Positions 1 to 12,600 of a stretch of 64,000 nucleotides of DNA are shown piece by piece. The notes beneath the pieces were generated by a model. It worked only from the letters and a program-made list of their open reading frames with translations. It made no database searches and was not told the DNA's origin. Numbering within the stretch: the stretch's first letter is position 1; the number at the start of each line of letters is the position of its first letter. The stretch spans positions 121,373-185,372 of the forward strand of contig CAWIDS010000003.1 of assembly GCA_963834935.1 (NCBI GenBank), read 5' to 3'. The stretch is from Candidatus Nomurabacteria bacterium. GTDB taxonomy: Bacteria > Patescibacteriota > Minisyncoccia > Phycocordibacterales > CALRBL01. The position numbers and the translations under genes are program-made.

Positions 1-544
1 CTAGGCCCGCCTTCTCGATATCCAAATCAGCAAAGCCGAGGGAACGGAGATGACCATAGAGATTGTTCCATCCAGTCTTAGTGGAACCGATCCTCCATTC
101 CGCTATAGTTTCTGAAGCAAGTCCTCGATTCTTCAAATAATCGAGTGATTTATCATCATTTTTCAACTCACTCACATAGAACGACGTGGCCTCCTCCATA
201 ATCTTACGGAGTAGCTCCTTTTCTTCTTCGTCCTTGCGGCTGCTGCTGTTTCCGGCATAGCTTTCGAGCTTTACGCCCGCGCGCTCGGCAAGCAACGCAA
301 GTGCCTCCTTGAAGTCCATCTTCTCGAATTCCTGGACGAAGGTGAAGATATCCCCTTTAGCCCCGCAGCCGAAGCAGTAATAGGATCCGCGTTCCGGTGA
401 CACCATAAAAGAAGGCGTCTTTTCGTTGTGGAAAGGACACTTTCCTTTGAAGTTGGCTCCCGCGCGGTCAAGCTTGATGTATGAAGAGATGATGTCAGAG
501 ATGGGAAGCCGTTCCTTGATCTGTTCGACGGCTTGTGATGACAT
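1..544 (-). CDS. dnaG: DNA primase DnaG, N-terminal part (gene runs off the window start)
   Basis: The reverse-strand translation from ATG at 542-544 reads MSSQAVEQIKERLPISDIISSYIKLDRAGANFKGKCPFHNEKTPSFMVSPERGSYYCFGCGAKGD, carrying the CHC2 zinc-finger signature of DnaG. The start overlaps the rpoC stop (TAATG). It is absent from the ORF track because no stop lies in the window. Confidence 0.8.
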   Translation of the reverse strand, partial: MSSQAVEQIKERLPISDIISSYIKLDRAGANFKGKCPFHNEKTPSFMVSPERGSYYCFGCGAKGDIFTFVQEFEKMDFKEALALLAERAGVKLESYAGNSSSRKDEEEKELLRKIMEEATSFYVSELKNDDKSLDYLKNRGLASETIAEWRIGSTKTGWNNLYGHLRSLGFADLDIEKAGL

Positions 545-3500
545 TATTTTTGAGATGTTTCGTCTTCGATCATCTTCTGCTTGGGACTTCCTGGAAATCC
601 CGTACCTGCAGGAATGAGGCGTCCGATGAGGACATTTTCCATGAGGCCGTGAAGGTCATCGATGCTTCCGCGGATAGCTGAGCCGATAAGGATCTTGTTG
701 GTGTGTTGGAATGAAGCAGCTGATAGAAAGCTTCGGCGGGAAAGAGATACCTCAGTAATACCCATCACCATAGGCTCTGACTTCGCCTCGATTCCTCCCC
801 TTTCCTTTATCTTTTTGTTTTCCTCGACAAGCTCGAAATTTTCGACGATGTCTCCTGCTGAGAACGGACTGTCGCCTGATTCCTTTACCTTCACGCGGGT
901 GAACATCTGGCGCACAATCACTTCGATATGTTTTCGCGATACGGATTCTCCCTGAAGCTCGTAAGGCTTCTTCACTTCGCCGATGACATACTCCTGAGCC
1001 TTTTCGCGGCCGCCGTATCGGAACAATTCGTCGATATCGCACGATCCGTCGGTAAGGATGTCTCCCTTCTTCACTTTGTCTCCTACCTTCACCAGAAGCA
1101 CGCGGATCGGATGAACTGCATATTCGAGTTCATTTTTCGTCTTGGTTGATTTAGATGGCTTTGCCTTGTCGCTGATTTCAGGGACGACAATGATACTTTC
1201 TCTTTTCCGGTATTCCTTATTTCAGTGACCATTCCGTCGACGGTGGCGATTGCAAGGCTGGATTCTTAGGCTTTCGCTTTTCGAAGATCTCTTCGACGCG
1301 AGGAAGTCCGGCAGTGATGTCTCCTCCGACCGAAGCTGTTCCTCCGGCATGGAAAGTACGCATCGTAAGCTGAGTTCCCGGCTCTCCGATGGCTTGCGCA
1401 GCTACCGTTCCGACTGCTTCTCCGATGTCTATCATTCTATTCTTTCCAAGGTCAAGTCCATAGCACATTCGACAGATTCCAGAGAGCGTCTTGCAGGTCA
1501 GAGGAGACCTTACGACTACTCTTGCGATGCCTTGCGCTTCGATCATCTTGGCTTCTGTCTTGGTAAGCAGATGATTGCGCTTGAAGAGCAGCTTTCCGTC
1601 CTTGTCATTCAAGTCTTCAGCAAGCACTCGTCCGCTAATGTATTTCGAGATCGAAGTCTCGATGCCTGAAGCGCTTTCCTTGACGATGGCTATTCCCTCT
1701 TTCGTTCCGCAATCCTCTTCGCTCACTACCACGTTCTGGGCAACCACGAAGAGTTTTCGAGTGAGATATCCGGCTTTAGCAGTGTTAATGCGGTGTCAGT
1801 AAGTCCTTTTCGGGCTCCGTGAGTACGAGATGAAGTATTCGATCGGAGTGAGCCCTTCTTTCGAAGACTGAGAGAACTGGCACTTCGATAGTCTCTCCTT
1901 TCGAGTTCTGGATGAGTCCTTTCATTCCGGCCATCTGAGTGATGTTTCCGATGGAACCTCGGGCTCCCGATGTGACCATGTCGTGGACTGATCCATTCTT
2001 ATCGAGCGTTCCAGGGATAAGCTTCTCGATCTTGCTTTTAGCATCATGCCAGATCTCGACATTCTTTCGAAGCTTCTCCTGCTCTGAAAGGAGTCCTTCA
2101 TTGTATTGCTCGTAAACCAGCTCAGAGTCCTTCTTTGAGGCTTCGATGATCTGGAATTTTCCGTCAGGAATGACGACATCGTCGATTCCCCAAGTGATTC
2201 CTGACTTAGTGACATAAGTGAAGCCGAACTTCTTGATTTCGTCGAGAATGGCAGGAACAGCATTCACTCCGTAAATATTAATGAGGTCTTCGACGATTCC
2301 TGACATGACTTGATCGGGAAATTTCCTTGTTGACGAATGGATAGTCGGCAGGAAGAATAGCGTTGAAAAGAATCCTTCCAACAGTAGTATCGGCAAGCTT
2401 TCCGCCGAAAGCTGCCCATTTAGGACCTTCTTCAGGCAATACCTTTATCGCTGCCCGGAGCGAAAGCGCTCCAAAATCAAGGGCAGACATTGCAGCTTGA
2501 GGACTTTCGAAGATATTTCCTTCACCTTTTTCTCCAACGACAATCTTCGTCGTCCAGTAACATCCGAGCACCACATCAAGAAGCTTTGCAGTGACTGTAG
2601 GATCTCCGCTTCCCGGCTTAAGGATGTTCTTGTCTGACGCCATGATTTCCCGAGCTTCCATCTGCGCTTCTTCTCCGAGAGGAACGTGAACTGCCATGGT
2701 GTCTCCATCGAAGTCGGCATTGAAAGCGGAACATACGAATGGATGCACTTGGATAGCGTTACCTTCGATGAGTACAGGCTGGAAAGCCTGAATACCGAGG
2801 CGATGAAGAGTAGGTGCGCGGTTCAGGAGCACGTATTTATCCTTGATGACGTCTTCAAGGATGGCCCATACTTCAGGAATTCCATCATCGATAAGTCGAG
2901 ATGCGCCGCGGATGTTGAAAGCCAATTCCTTTTCAAGAAGTTTTGAGATGACGAAAGGCCGGAACAATTCCAAGGCCATGTGCTTAGGGAGTCCGCACTG
3001 ATTGAGGCGAAGTTCCGGACCCACGACGATAACCGATCGTCCTGAATAGTCCACGCGCTTTCCAAGGAGGTTCTGTCGGAAGAGTCCTCGTCTTGCCTTT
3101 CAAGTTGTCGGCAAGGGATTTGAGCGGACGTCGCTGTGCCTGATTGACTCCAGCGAAAAGCTGATTGCCGTGCCGGATCGAGTTGTCGATCAAGGCATCG
3201 ACAGCTTCCTGAAGGATTCGTTTTTCGTTTCGAAGAATCACATCAGGAGCTTGAATTTCCTTAAGCTTCTTCAAGCGGTTGTTTCGGTTGATCACGCGTC
3301 GATAAAGGTCATTGACGTCGGATGTCGCGTGTCGTCCTCCGTCGAGAGCGACCATAGGGCGAAGTGCTGCGGGAATGACAGGGATACTGAGTAAGGAACA
3401 TCCATTCAGGACGGAGTCTGAGCTGATCATTCCCTTGATAAGGCCGATTCGCTTGTTCAGTTTTTCGCTTTTCGGTTGAGCTTGCTGATTCGAGATCCTT

Positions 3501-4218
3501 TTCGAGGCTGTCAAGAAGTTTCTTGAGGTCGAGCTTCTTGAAAAGATTGAAGACCGCTTCAGCACCGATTGCAGCTTCGAAGAGCGTTCCGTATTTGAGC
3601 GAGAATTTGTGGTATACGATCTCGTCAAGGACTCGTCCTTCCTGGATACTCTCGATGTCGCGCTTTGCGCTGATCAGAAGTTGCTTGATTGCTTCCTTCG
3701 TTTTCTCGTCCTGAAGCGACTTTTCACTTTTGATCTTGTATTCGGAATCGAGATCCTTGAGCACGCGTGTCCGTTCTTCCTCATTAACCTTAGTGACGAG
3801 GTATCCGGCAAAGTAAACAACTTTCTCGAGCTCGCCACTGTTCATTCCCAGAAGAAGCGCGATTCGAGAAGGCATGGTTCGGAGGAACCAGATATGAGAA
3901 ACGGGCGTTGCAAGCTCGATATGCCCCATTCGTTCTCGGCGCACGATTGATCGCGTGATTTCCACTCCGCATTTTTCGCAGATGATTCCTTTGTATCTGA
4001 TGCCTCGGTATTTTCCGCAGTAACACTCATAATCCTTGTCCGGACCGAAAATCTTCTCGTCGAAGAGGCCATTCTTCTCGGAACGCTGGGTACGATAGTT
4101 CATCGTCTCAGGCTTGGTCACTTCTCCACGATGACCATTCCTTGATTCTCTCAGGCGATGCAAGCTTGAGTGAACTGGATCGAAATCGTTGAGGGTGTCA
4201 TGTTTTGTTTTTTTTCAT
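544..4218 (-). pseudogene. rpoC: RNA polymerase beta-prime subunit, split into at least 6 frame-shifted pieces as written
   Basis: Minus-strand ORF pieces 3309-4163, 2984-3628, 2278-3054, 1785-2396, 1217-1747 and 544-1101 are collinear with RpoC. Recognisable motifs are [15 protein letters not shown] (zinc finger), [15 protein letters not shown] (catalytic), MRTFHAGG and the C-terminal IGRLIPAGTG. Successive pieces lie in different frames, so these are indels rather than in-frame stops. The start region is atgaaaaaaaacaaaaca-tga: removing one A from the A8 run restores [38 protein letters not shown]. Confidence 0.85.
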
Positions 4219-4237
4219 ATATTTTTTTATATCGTTA

Positions 4238-7461
<3,224 letters not shown>

Positions 7462-7503
7462 ACGATAAAAATGCCCTAGGCGATAGGGTGTTATTGGTTA
7501 TTG

Positions 7504-7532
7504 ATAATAGAGACGCTGATAATCGTGGTCAA
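7504..7532 (-). promoter_or_regulatory. candidate sigma70-type promoter of rpoB (TTGACC-17-TATTAT)
   Basis: Minus-strand TTGACC (plus 7527-7532) and TATTAT (plus 7504-7509) are separated by 17 nt, about 45 nt upstream of the rpoB ATG. Confidence 0.4.
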
Positions 7533-7669
7533 AAGTTTGTTGCTTAAGAGAACGCTAGTAATCGGGTCGAGAGACAGTCTGACAACCAAATAATTACTCA
7601 GCGCCACAACAATGACTCAATCAGGCGTAATGAGATTGCTACTCTAGCAAACAAATATTAAATATGCAA

Positions 7670-7757
7670 GTGCAAAGGTTCTGGTAAGTATCTTTTTGAA
7701 CGGCTTAGGCTATCCTGCCGCTTGAGCGAAAAAAGATACTTATCAGAACCTTTGCAC
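7670..7757 (-). terminator. long hairpin (about 27-bp stem, about 32-nt loop) downstream of tRNA-Cys and upstream of the rpoB promoter
   Basis: gtgcaaaggttctggtaagtatcttttt pairs with aaaaagatacttatcagaacctttgcac with a single G-U. It is followed on the minus strand by a T-rich tract, so it is a likely intrinsic terminator or processing element. Confidence 0.45.
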
Positions 7758-7772
7758 TTATACCTTAATTTT

Positions 7773-7847
7773 TGGAGGCGTAGAGCGGAATCGAACCGCT
7801 GTATAGAGATTTTGCAGATCTCTGCCTTACCACTTGGCTACTACGCC
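7773..7847 (-). tRNA. tRNA-Cys (anticodon GCA), CCA encoded
   Basis: The reverse complement GGCGUAGUAGCCAAGUGGUAAGGCAGAGAUCUGCAAAAUCUCUAUACAGCGGUUCGAUUCCGCUCUACGCCUCCA folds as a cloverleaf with 7-bp acceptor, anticodon loop CUGCAAA and T-loop UUCGAUU. Confidence 0.9.
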
Positions 7848-7936
7848 GAAACGCCGGCTTTGGCTGACAGAAACAACCATAACAGATTTTCGTCAAAATA
7901 TGAAGCAAATCAAGGATAAAAGGCTGATTTGAGCCA

Positions 7937-7965
7937 TTGACTTTTTTAATAAAGTATGATAAAAT
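7937..7965 (+). promoter_or_regulatory. strong sigma70-type promoter (TTGACT-17-TAAAAT) driving the SPFH gene
   Basis: Consensus-like -35 TTGACT and -10 TAAAAT with exactly 17-nt spacing, about 115 nt upstream of the ATG at 8082. Confidence 0.55.
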
Positions 7966-8081
7966 AATCTCAGATTGAGAAAGGGTGCACAGGCGTGCAA
8001 ATGATCTCAGTTATCACTCACACAAACAAACCTCGGTCCCCTTTTAGGCGACCTTTGACAGCAGAATAGAAAGTTACAAAC

Positions 8082-9154
8082 ATGATCTACGTATTCTTCA
8101 CGCCGGTGGCTCTAGCAGCCTTCGGATACTTCCTCTATCAGCTTTACCGCTGGATGGGAGAAAACCAGATCGGCTTCACCTTCATGGATGGAGGTACCGG
8201 CCGAGTAATCGTCGTCGGCAAGGGCCAACCGGTCAAATTCCTCGTTAACCTTCCCGGTTACGATGTTAATGACCCACATAACCCTGACCAACACGACAAA
8301 AACTTCCCTGATTGGCAGATAATCCCCACGTCGCACTTTAAAGCCTACCGAGATGAAAACTTCCTCAAGAAGCGCCTCGGTATATGGCTTATCCATTGGT
8401 GGCCATTCAATTTCGTATACGAGTATAAGTTCAGCTGGGTGGAATTTCGCCAACCAGCAGGGCAGAACGAGTACACGACGCGTTCTCGGGAAGAAACGAC
8501 TAAAATCTTCATGGCGCAGAATTTCCCTTACTTCTCCGAAGTGACGGATTTCTACATCAGTGGAAATGCAGTCTTCAGCCTTCCCTATGCGGTAAACTTA
8601 GCCATCACCAATCCCATGATTGCCCTTTTCGGGAACGAAGACTGGCTGGCAACAGCCCTCTTCGCCCTGAATGAGCGTGCCAAGGATTGGGCAGGTGGCC
8701 AAAGCCTTGAACAGCTTCTCTCCGAAGCTGACGACGTAAAAGGCTCGATCAAGGAGTCATTCGACGAATGGATGAAGGAAATCAATAAGTTCCTCATAGA
8801 AAAAGTCGGAGTAGAGCTCAAAAGCGCGAACTTCCTGAAGCTCGTTGACAGAAACGAAGCAGCGGGAGCAATGCGTCAGGCAATTCAAGCTGTCTTCATC
8901 GCCCAACGGAGCGCGGATGCATCAGCATTCGATGCGACTCGGATCAAAATATCGGCCTGTCGGAGGCGAAGGTAGTACGAGCAAAAGCCGAAGCAGATGT
9001 CGCCGGAGAACTAACGTTCGCGGAAGCGTATCGCAATCATCCAGAACTCGCTCGCGCTCGCGCGATCGAACGGACCGGCCTCACTACACTCGTCGAAGGA
9101 GGCTCAAACCCGCCGCCCGTCATTCTTGACGCAAGCGGCAAACCAACTCGATAA
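8082..9154 (+). CDS. SPFH/band-7 (stomatin/HflC-like) membrane protein; one apparent frameshift near 8940-8975
   Basis: The N-terminal TM helix plus SPFH core runs 8082-8975. The C-terminal coiled segment typical of the family (..AKVVRAKAEADVAGELTFAEAYRNHPELARARAIERTGL..) continues in another frame to the TAA at 9152-9154. Confidence 0.6.
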
Positions 9155-9185
9155 AACACACAATCAAAAAAGGAAAAACTAAGAA

Positions 9186-9329
9186 ATGAAATTATTAATA
9201 ACACTGTTCTGGGGAACGATGTTCCTTGGAATCGTTGCTCTAACCATCGCCTACCTGCGCGGTCGGCGACCAGCAGCGCCGGAGCAGCGCCCGCTCCTGC
9301 CGGACCATCGGTCTGGAACACGATAAAGC
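9186..9329 (+). CDS. small membrane protein (47 aa), hypothetical
   Basis: ATG preceded by aaggaaaaa. The product MKLLITLFWGTMFLGIVALTIAYLRGRRPAAPEQRPLLPDHRSGTR has one TM helix. It is not in the ORF track because it is under 60 aa. Confidence 0.3.
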
Positions 9330-9343
9330 TGGCCTCCATCAAT

Positions 9344-10309
9344 ATGGGCGGTCAGCTCCGGACACAGCTCCAGACCAACTGGAAAATGATCTTCTTCCTG
9401 ACGGCAGGATTTGGACTTATTTTTTGGATGGTGACCAGTCCTCTTCCCTTCAATCTCGGCTTGCCTGAGGCTGATCGGAATTGGATCTGGCTCGTCGGAA
9501 CTGGCCTGATGAAGTTCCTTCTCTTCGTAGCTGTCATTGGCGCAGGACTCTGCATCAGTGCCGGCACGCCTGGGAAGGTGCTCTTCAGGATCATGATGGC
9601 AGTACTCGCCATCATGGCACTCTGCCTCATCTGGCATGAGCTTGCGAGCTCGGCCAGCAAGGTGGATTGGAAAGCGCTCAACCCGTTCAGTGCTAGCGCC
9701 GCGGCTCCGACCTCTTCAACAAGGTCGCCGCTCGGCAACAGCGCTAACAGCAGCAATGCTGGAGCGAACATCAACATAACTGTTGATGGGTCTGATGTTC
9801 ACAGCTTCTTCCAAGCACACTCCCACGAGTTGCTTGTGGGATTCATAGTGGTCATCATTCTCGTACTGCTCGCCTTCCTGATCTGTACTAAGATCGGCAG
9901 GTCAGTGCTGCTTGGACTGTTGCTTGTGTGCCTCACCCTTCTTGCTGTCTGCAAGCTTGGGGCGGCTATCAAGAATGGCGGCCACATCACGCCGAAGCCG
10001 CCTGAGCAGATGATCCTGCCTTCAATGCACATCAGTTCGGACCTGTGGTATCGGGTCGACTGGACGGATAATTGGCGGCACTGGAATTACCGCGACTTCA
10101 AGCGGCCGCTGCCAAGCAAGGTGCTGGTTATCTTCAGCAAAGAGGAGCCGGAGATGACCGATCCTGCCCAGTACATCATCAGCAACAAGACCGACTTCAA
10201 GGATGTTCGCGGGGATCATAGCATCCCTATGTGGATACGTCTGGAACCTGTCGATGGTCAAAACATCGAGGGTGACGTGACAATCTACTACGAGCATCAT
10301 GATGGATAG
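9344..10309 (+). CDS. polytopic membrane protein, hypothetical (321 aa)
   Basis: Several hydrophobic helices and a central Ser/Ala/Asn-rich linker; no recognisable catalytic motif. Confidence 0.6.
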   Translation: MGGQLRTQLQTNWKMIFFLTAGFGLIFWMVTSPLPFNLGLPEADRNWIWLVGTGLMKFLLFVAVIGAGLCISAGTPGKVLFRIMMAVLAIMALCLIWHELASSASKVDWKALNPFSASAAAPTSSTRSPLGNSANSSNAGANINITVDGSDVHSFFQAHSHELLVGFIVVIILVLLAFLICTKIGRSVLLGLLLVCLTLLAVCKLGAAIKNGGHITPKPPEQMILPSMHISSDLWYRVDWTDNWRHWNYRDFKRPLPSKVLVIFSKEEPEMTDPAQYIISNKTDFKDVRGDHSIPMWIRLEPVDGQNIEGDVTIYYEHHDG

Positions 10310-10354
10310 TTCTTTGGGGCTTGGCGCCCGCGATCCGTTCGCAAAAAACCAAAC

Positions 10355-10384
10355 GCTCGGACCATCACTGGTCCGAGCTTTTTT
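10355..10384 (+). terminator. rho-independent terminator (gctcggaccatcactggtccgagc plus T6), likely bidirectional
   Basis: A GC-rich 10-bp stem followed by tttttt lies between the convergent genes ending at 10309 (+) and 10405 (-). Confidence 0.6.
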
Positions 10385-10404
10385 ATTTGGCTATTTATCG
10401 ATGA

Positions 10405-10677
10405 TTATTTTTCTACCGCATCAAGAGTATTCGAAGTATTGATTCCGAAGGTTCCGGTTATGAGCTTGAGTATCCCGAAAGCCGATATCATTATGGCCAT
10501 TCCGATAAGACCGTACATGACATGCCTTTTTGCCGTCTCTAAGGCATCCGCTTCATTGGCTTTCCGTATGAACTGGACCAGTCCCCAAAGGAAGACCAGC
10601 AAAGCCACGGCAAACATCAGGATGATGATAGGATTCAGTATCTCCGTGCTTATGGCCGAAATGATTTTATCGAGCAT
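10405..10677 (-). CDS. small two-TM protein, paralog 1 of 6 (VirB2/TrbC-like pilin-type fold suspected)
   Basis: 90 aa. TM1, then a hydrophilic loop with KANEADALETAKRHV, then TM2. Same architecture as the next five genes but the most divergent and lacking the GGD motif. Confidence 0.5.
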   Translation of the reverse strand: MLDKIISAISTEILNPIIILMFAVALLVFLWGLVQFIRKANEADALETAKRHVMYGLIGMAIMISAFGILKLITGTFGINTSNTLDAVEK

Positions 10678-10702
10678 TTATTTGATGAGCTGGAGACTTG
10701 GA

Positions 10703-11059
10703 CTATTGGGAGCCAGTAGGAACTTGGTTCGGAATCTGGACAGTGTTGTTGTTCAAACCGATAGTGTTCGAAAGGATGCGCACGAGTCCCCAGACCGAGG
10801 TCATGATGAAGATGATGACGATTCCGAGGATGATGGTGTTTCGAGCCTCCTTTATCTTGTCAGGATCTCCGCCGGCAGTGACATATCGGAGAAGTCCGAA
10901 GATGAATACGAGCACCGCTACTCCGATAACGAACGGTATAAGCTTGTTAATGAAAGAGCTTATGCCTGTGAGGAAATCGCCGTTCGACAAATCAAGTGCC
11001 TGGGCGAAAAGCAACCCTGGAAGAAGCAACAATGCGAGTGAACCTAAAAATTTTTTCAT
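10703..11059 (-). CDS. small two-TM protein with signal peptide, paralog 2 of 6 (VirB2/TrbC-like)
   Basis: 118 aa. Signal-peptide-like N-terminus, then IPFVIGVAVLVFIFGLLRYVTAGGDPDKIKEARNTIILGIVIIFIMTSVWGLVRILSNTI, which is the shared core of the family. Confidence 0.65.
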   Translation of the reverse strand: MKKFLGSLALLLLPGLLFAQALDLSNGDFLTGISSFINKLIPFVIGVAVLVFIFGLLRYVTAGGDPDKIKEARNTIILGIVIIFIMTSVWGLVRILSNTIGLNNNTVQIPNQVPTGSQ

Positions 11060-11135
11060 ACGATAAATTAATTTCTTATAATAAGCTTAAGTGTAGCACA
11101 ACTGCCAATCTCCACAATAGGATTTATCCGAAAGC

Positions 11136-11474
11136 CTAGCTGACGGTATTGTTATGGCTGCCGTCAACGCCGTCGATATTCTTGGCGCCGGGAACCTGCG
11201 GTATCTCATCCGAACTAGGAGTGGTGTTTGAAAGCATGATGGTATTTGAAATTACTCGGACCAATCCCCAGACGCACGTCATGACGAAGATGATGACTAT
11301 CCCCATGATTATGCTGTCACGCGCTTCCTTTATGGTATCGGAATCTCCCCCCGCCCTGATGTATTTCAAAAGGCCGAATACGAAGATAAGCACAGCGACA
11401 CCAATGATGACGTAGATCGTCTGATTGATGAATTTGGTGATAGTAGCAATTGATGTGGTGGCATCAGTGAACAT
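11136..11474 (-). CDS. small two-TM protein, paralog 3 of 6
   Basis: 112 aa. The core YVIIGVAVLIFVFGLLKYIRAGGDSDTIKEARDSIIMGIVIIFVMTCVWGLVRVISNTI is over 70% identical to paralog 2. Confidence 0.65.
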   Translation of the reverse strand: MFTDATTSIATITKFINQTIYVIIGVAVLIFVFGLLKYIRAGGDSDTIKEARDSIIMGIVIIFVMTCVWGLVRVISNTIMLSNTTPSSDEIPQVPGAKNIDGVDGSHNNTVS

Positions 11475-11480
11475 TTGTGT

Positions 11481-11756
11481 TTATTTTAGCTGAGGGACAG
11501 TATAGCCATTCGAGAAGAAGGTGTTGACGAGGATGTGAACAAGTCCCCATACGGATATCATAACGAAAAGGGCTATGATGCCGAAGATGATGTAATTGCG
11601 CGCCTCCTTGACCGCGTCCGAATCCCCTCCTGCCGACATGTACTTCAGAAGGCCGAAGATGAACAGAAGCACGGCGACACCGATAATGAGCGGGATAAGA
11701 AGATTGATCGAATTAGTGAAGAAAGAAACTACGCATTTGAAATCAGTACAATTCAT
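11481..11756 (-). CDS. small two-TM protein, paralog 4 of 6
   Basis: 91 aa. Core IPLIIGVAVLLFIFGLLKYMSAGGDSDAVKEARNYIIFGIIALFVMISVWGLVHILVNT. Confidence 0.65.
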   Translation of the reverse strand: MNCTDFKCVVSFFTNSINLLIPLIIGVAVLLFIFGLLKYMSAGGDSDAVKEARNYIIFGIIALFVMISVWGLVHILVNTFFSNGYTVPQLK

Positions 11757-11765
11757 ATGTTTTTA

Positions 11766-12143
11766 TTATGATGAAGCGCTGCCAATATTGGTAACCGTGG
11801 TCTGGATGACGGTCGAGATGACCTTGGCGCCAAGGAGGATAGCAGCGCCGATGACTGTGTAAAGAAGGACGAGCTTTGCCGTCTTTATCTTCCCTTCGTC
11901 TCCGGCTGCCGTCACGAAAAGGAAGCCGGCGTAGATGATGGCGATGATACAGGCGATAGCGCCAAGCTTCATGACTCCGGCCAGGATATTATTAAGAAAA
12001 GTAAAAAGATCCCCATTGCCGTTCAAAGGATTGCAGATTTTCCCCCCGCAATCAGTAGGAGAATAGTCTGCAAAGGAATAGAGGGGAAGTGAAAGGGCTG
12101 CTACTGCCACCAAGACTGCCGCGTATTTCATTATTTTTTTCAT
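11766..12143 (-). CDS. small two-TM protein with signal peptide and Cys-containing ectodomain, paralog 5 of 6
   Basis: 125 aa. Signal peptide, DCGGKIC, then GAIACIIAIIYAGFLFVTAAGDEGKIKTAKLVLLYTVIGAAILLGAKV; shares the hydrophobic-AGGD-xxKIKxAK-hydrophobic pattern. Confidence 0.6.
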   Translation of the reverse strand: MKKIMKYAAVLVAVAALSLPLYSFADYSPTDCGGKICNPLNGNGDLFTFLNNILAGVMKLGAIACIIAIIYAGFLFVTAAGDEGKIKTAKLVLLYTVIGAAILLGAKVISTVIQTTVTNIGSASS

Positions 12144-12146
12144 ATA

Positions 12147-12599
12147 TTATTTTTGCTGCAACATGCTGTAGTTCGGATTGACGCCTAAGGTGGTAAGTAT
12201 GAAATGGACAATAAGCCATGCGCCAAAAGTGAAGACGAAGCCCAGCACCACCTTCCCTATCATCCCTTTCGCTTGTTCAACTTTACCACTATTTCCTCCT
12301 GATGTCAGCATCAGGAATCCCGCATAGACCAAAGTGATGGTAGCAATGACGATGGTGGCATAAAGGAGAAGATCGATGATGCGGTTTATGAGATTGATGA
12401 GGTCACTCCAGGTACATGATTTCTCGCCGCTGCCGGGTGCGCCGGTCGAATTGATCTGGCTCAGTAAAGGTGTTCCTTGGCAAAAAGTGCCGTCTATTAT
12501 CGAATAGTTTGAATCGCCCGGATTGTTGCTCATAGCCAACGCAGAATATGCTGGAAAGAGAAGGCTGAGCGAAAAGATGAATAGAAGTATTTTTCTCAT
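12147..12599 (-). CDS. small two-TM protein with signal peptide and Cys-containing ectodomain, paralog 6 of 6 (ORF-track start 12635 probably too long)
   Basis: The internal Met MRKILLFIFSLSLLFPAYSALA at 12599 begins just after the stop of the upstream gene. It carries ..CQGTP..CTW.. and IATITLVYAGFLMLTSGGNSGKVEQAKGMIGKVVLGFVFTFGAWLIV. Confidence 0.55.
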   Translation of the reverse strand: MRKILLFIFSLSLLFPAYSALAMSNNPGDSNYSIIDGTFCQGTPLLSQINSTGAPGSGEKSCTWSDLINLINRIIDLLLYATIVIATITLVYAGFLMLTSGGNSGKVEQAKGMIGKVVLGFVFTFGAWLIVHFILTTLGVNPNYSMLQQK

Positions 12600-12600
12600 T

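Noticed and set aside
8845-9129. Arg/Ser-rich 94-aa ORF on the plus strand
   Set aside because: It is the alternate frame of the SPFH C-terminus; the correct frame gives the conserved ..AKVVRAKAEAD.. segment.
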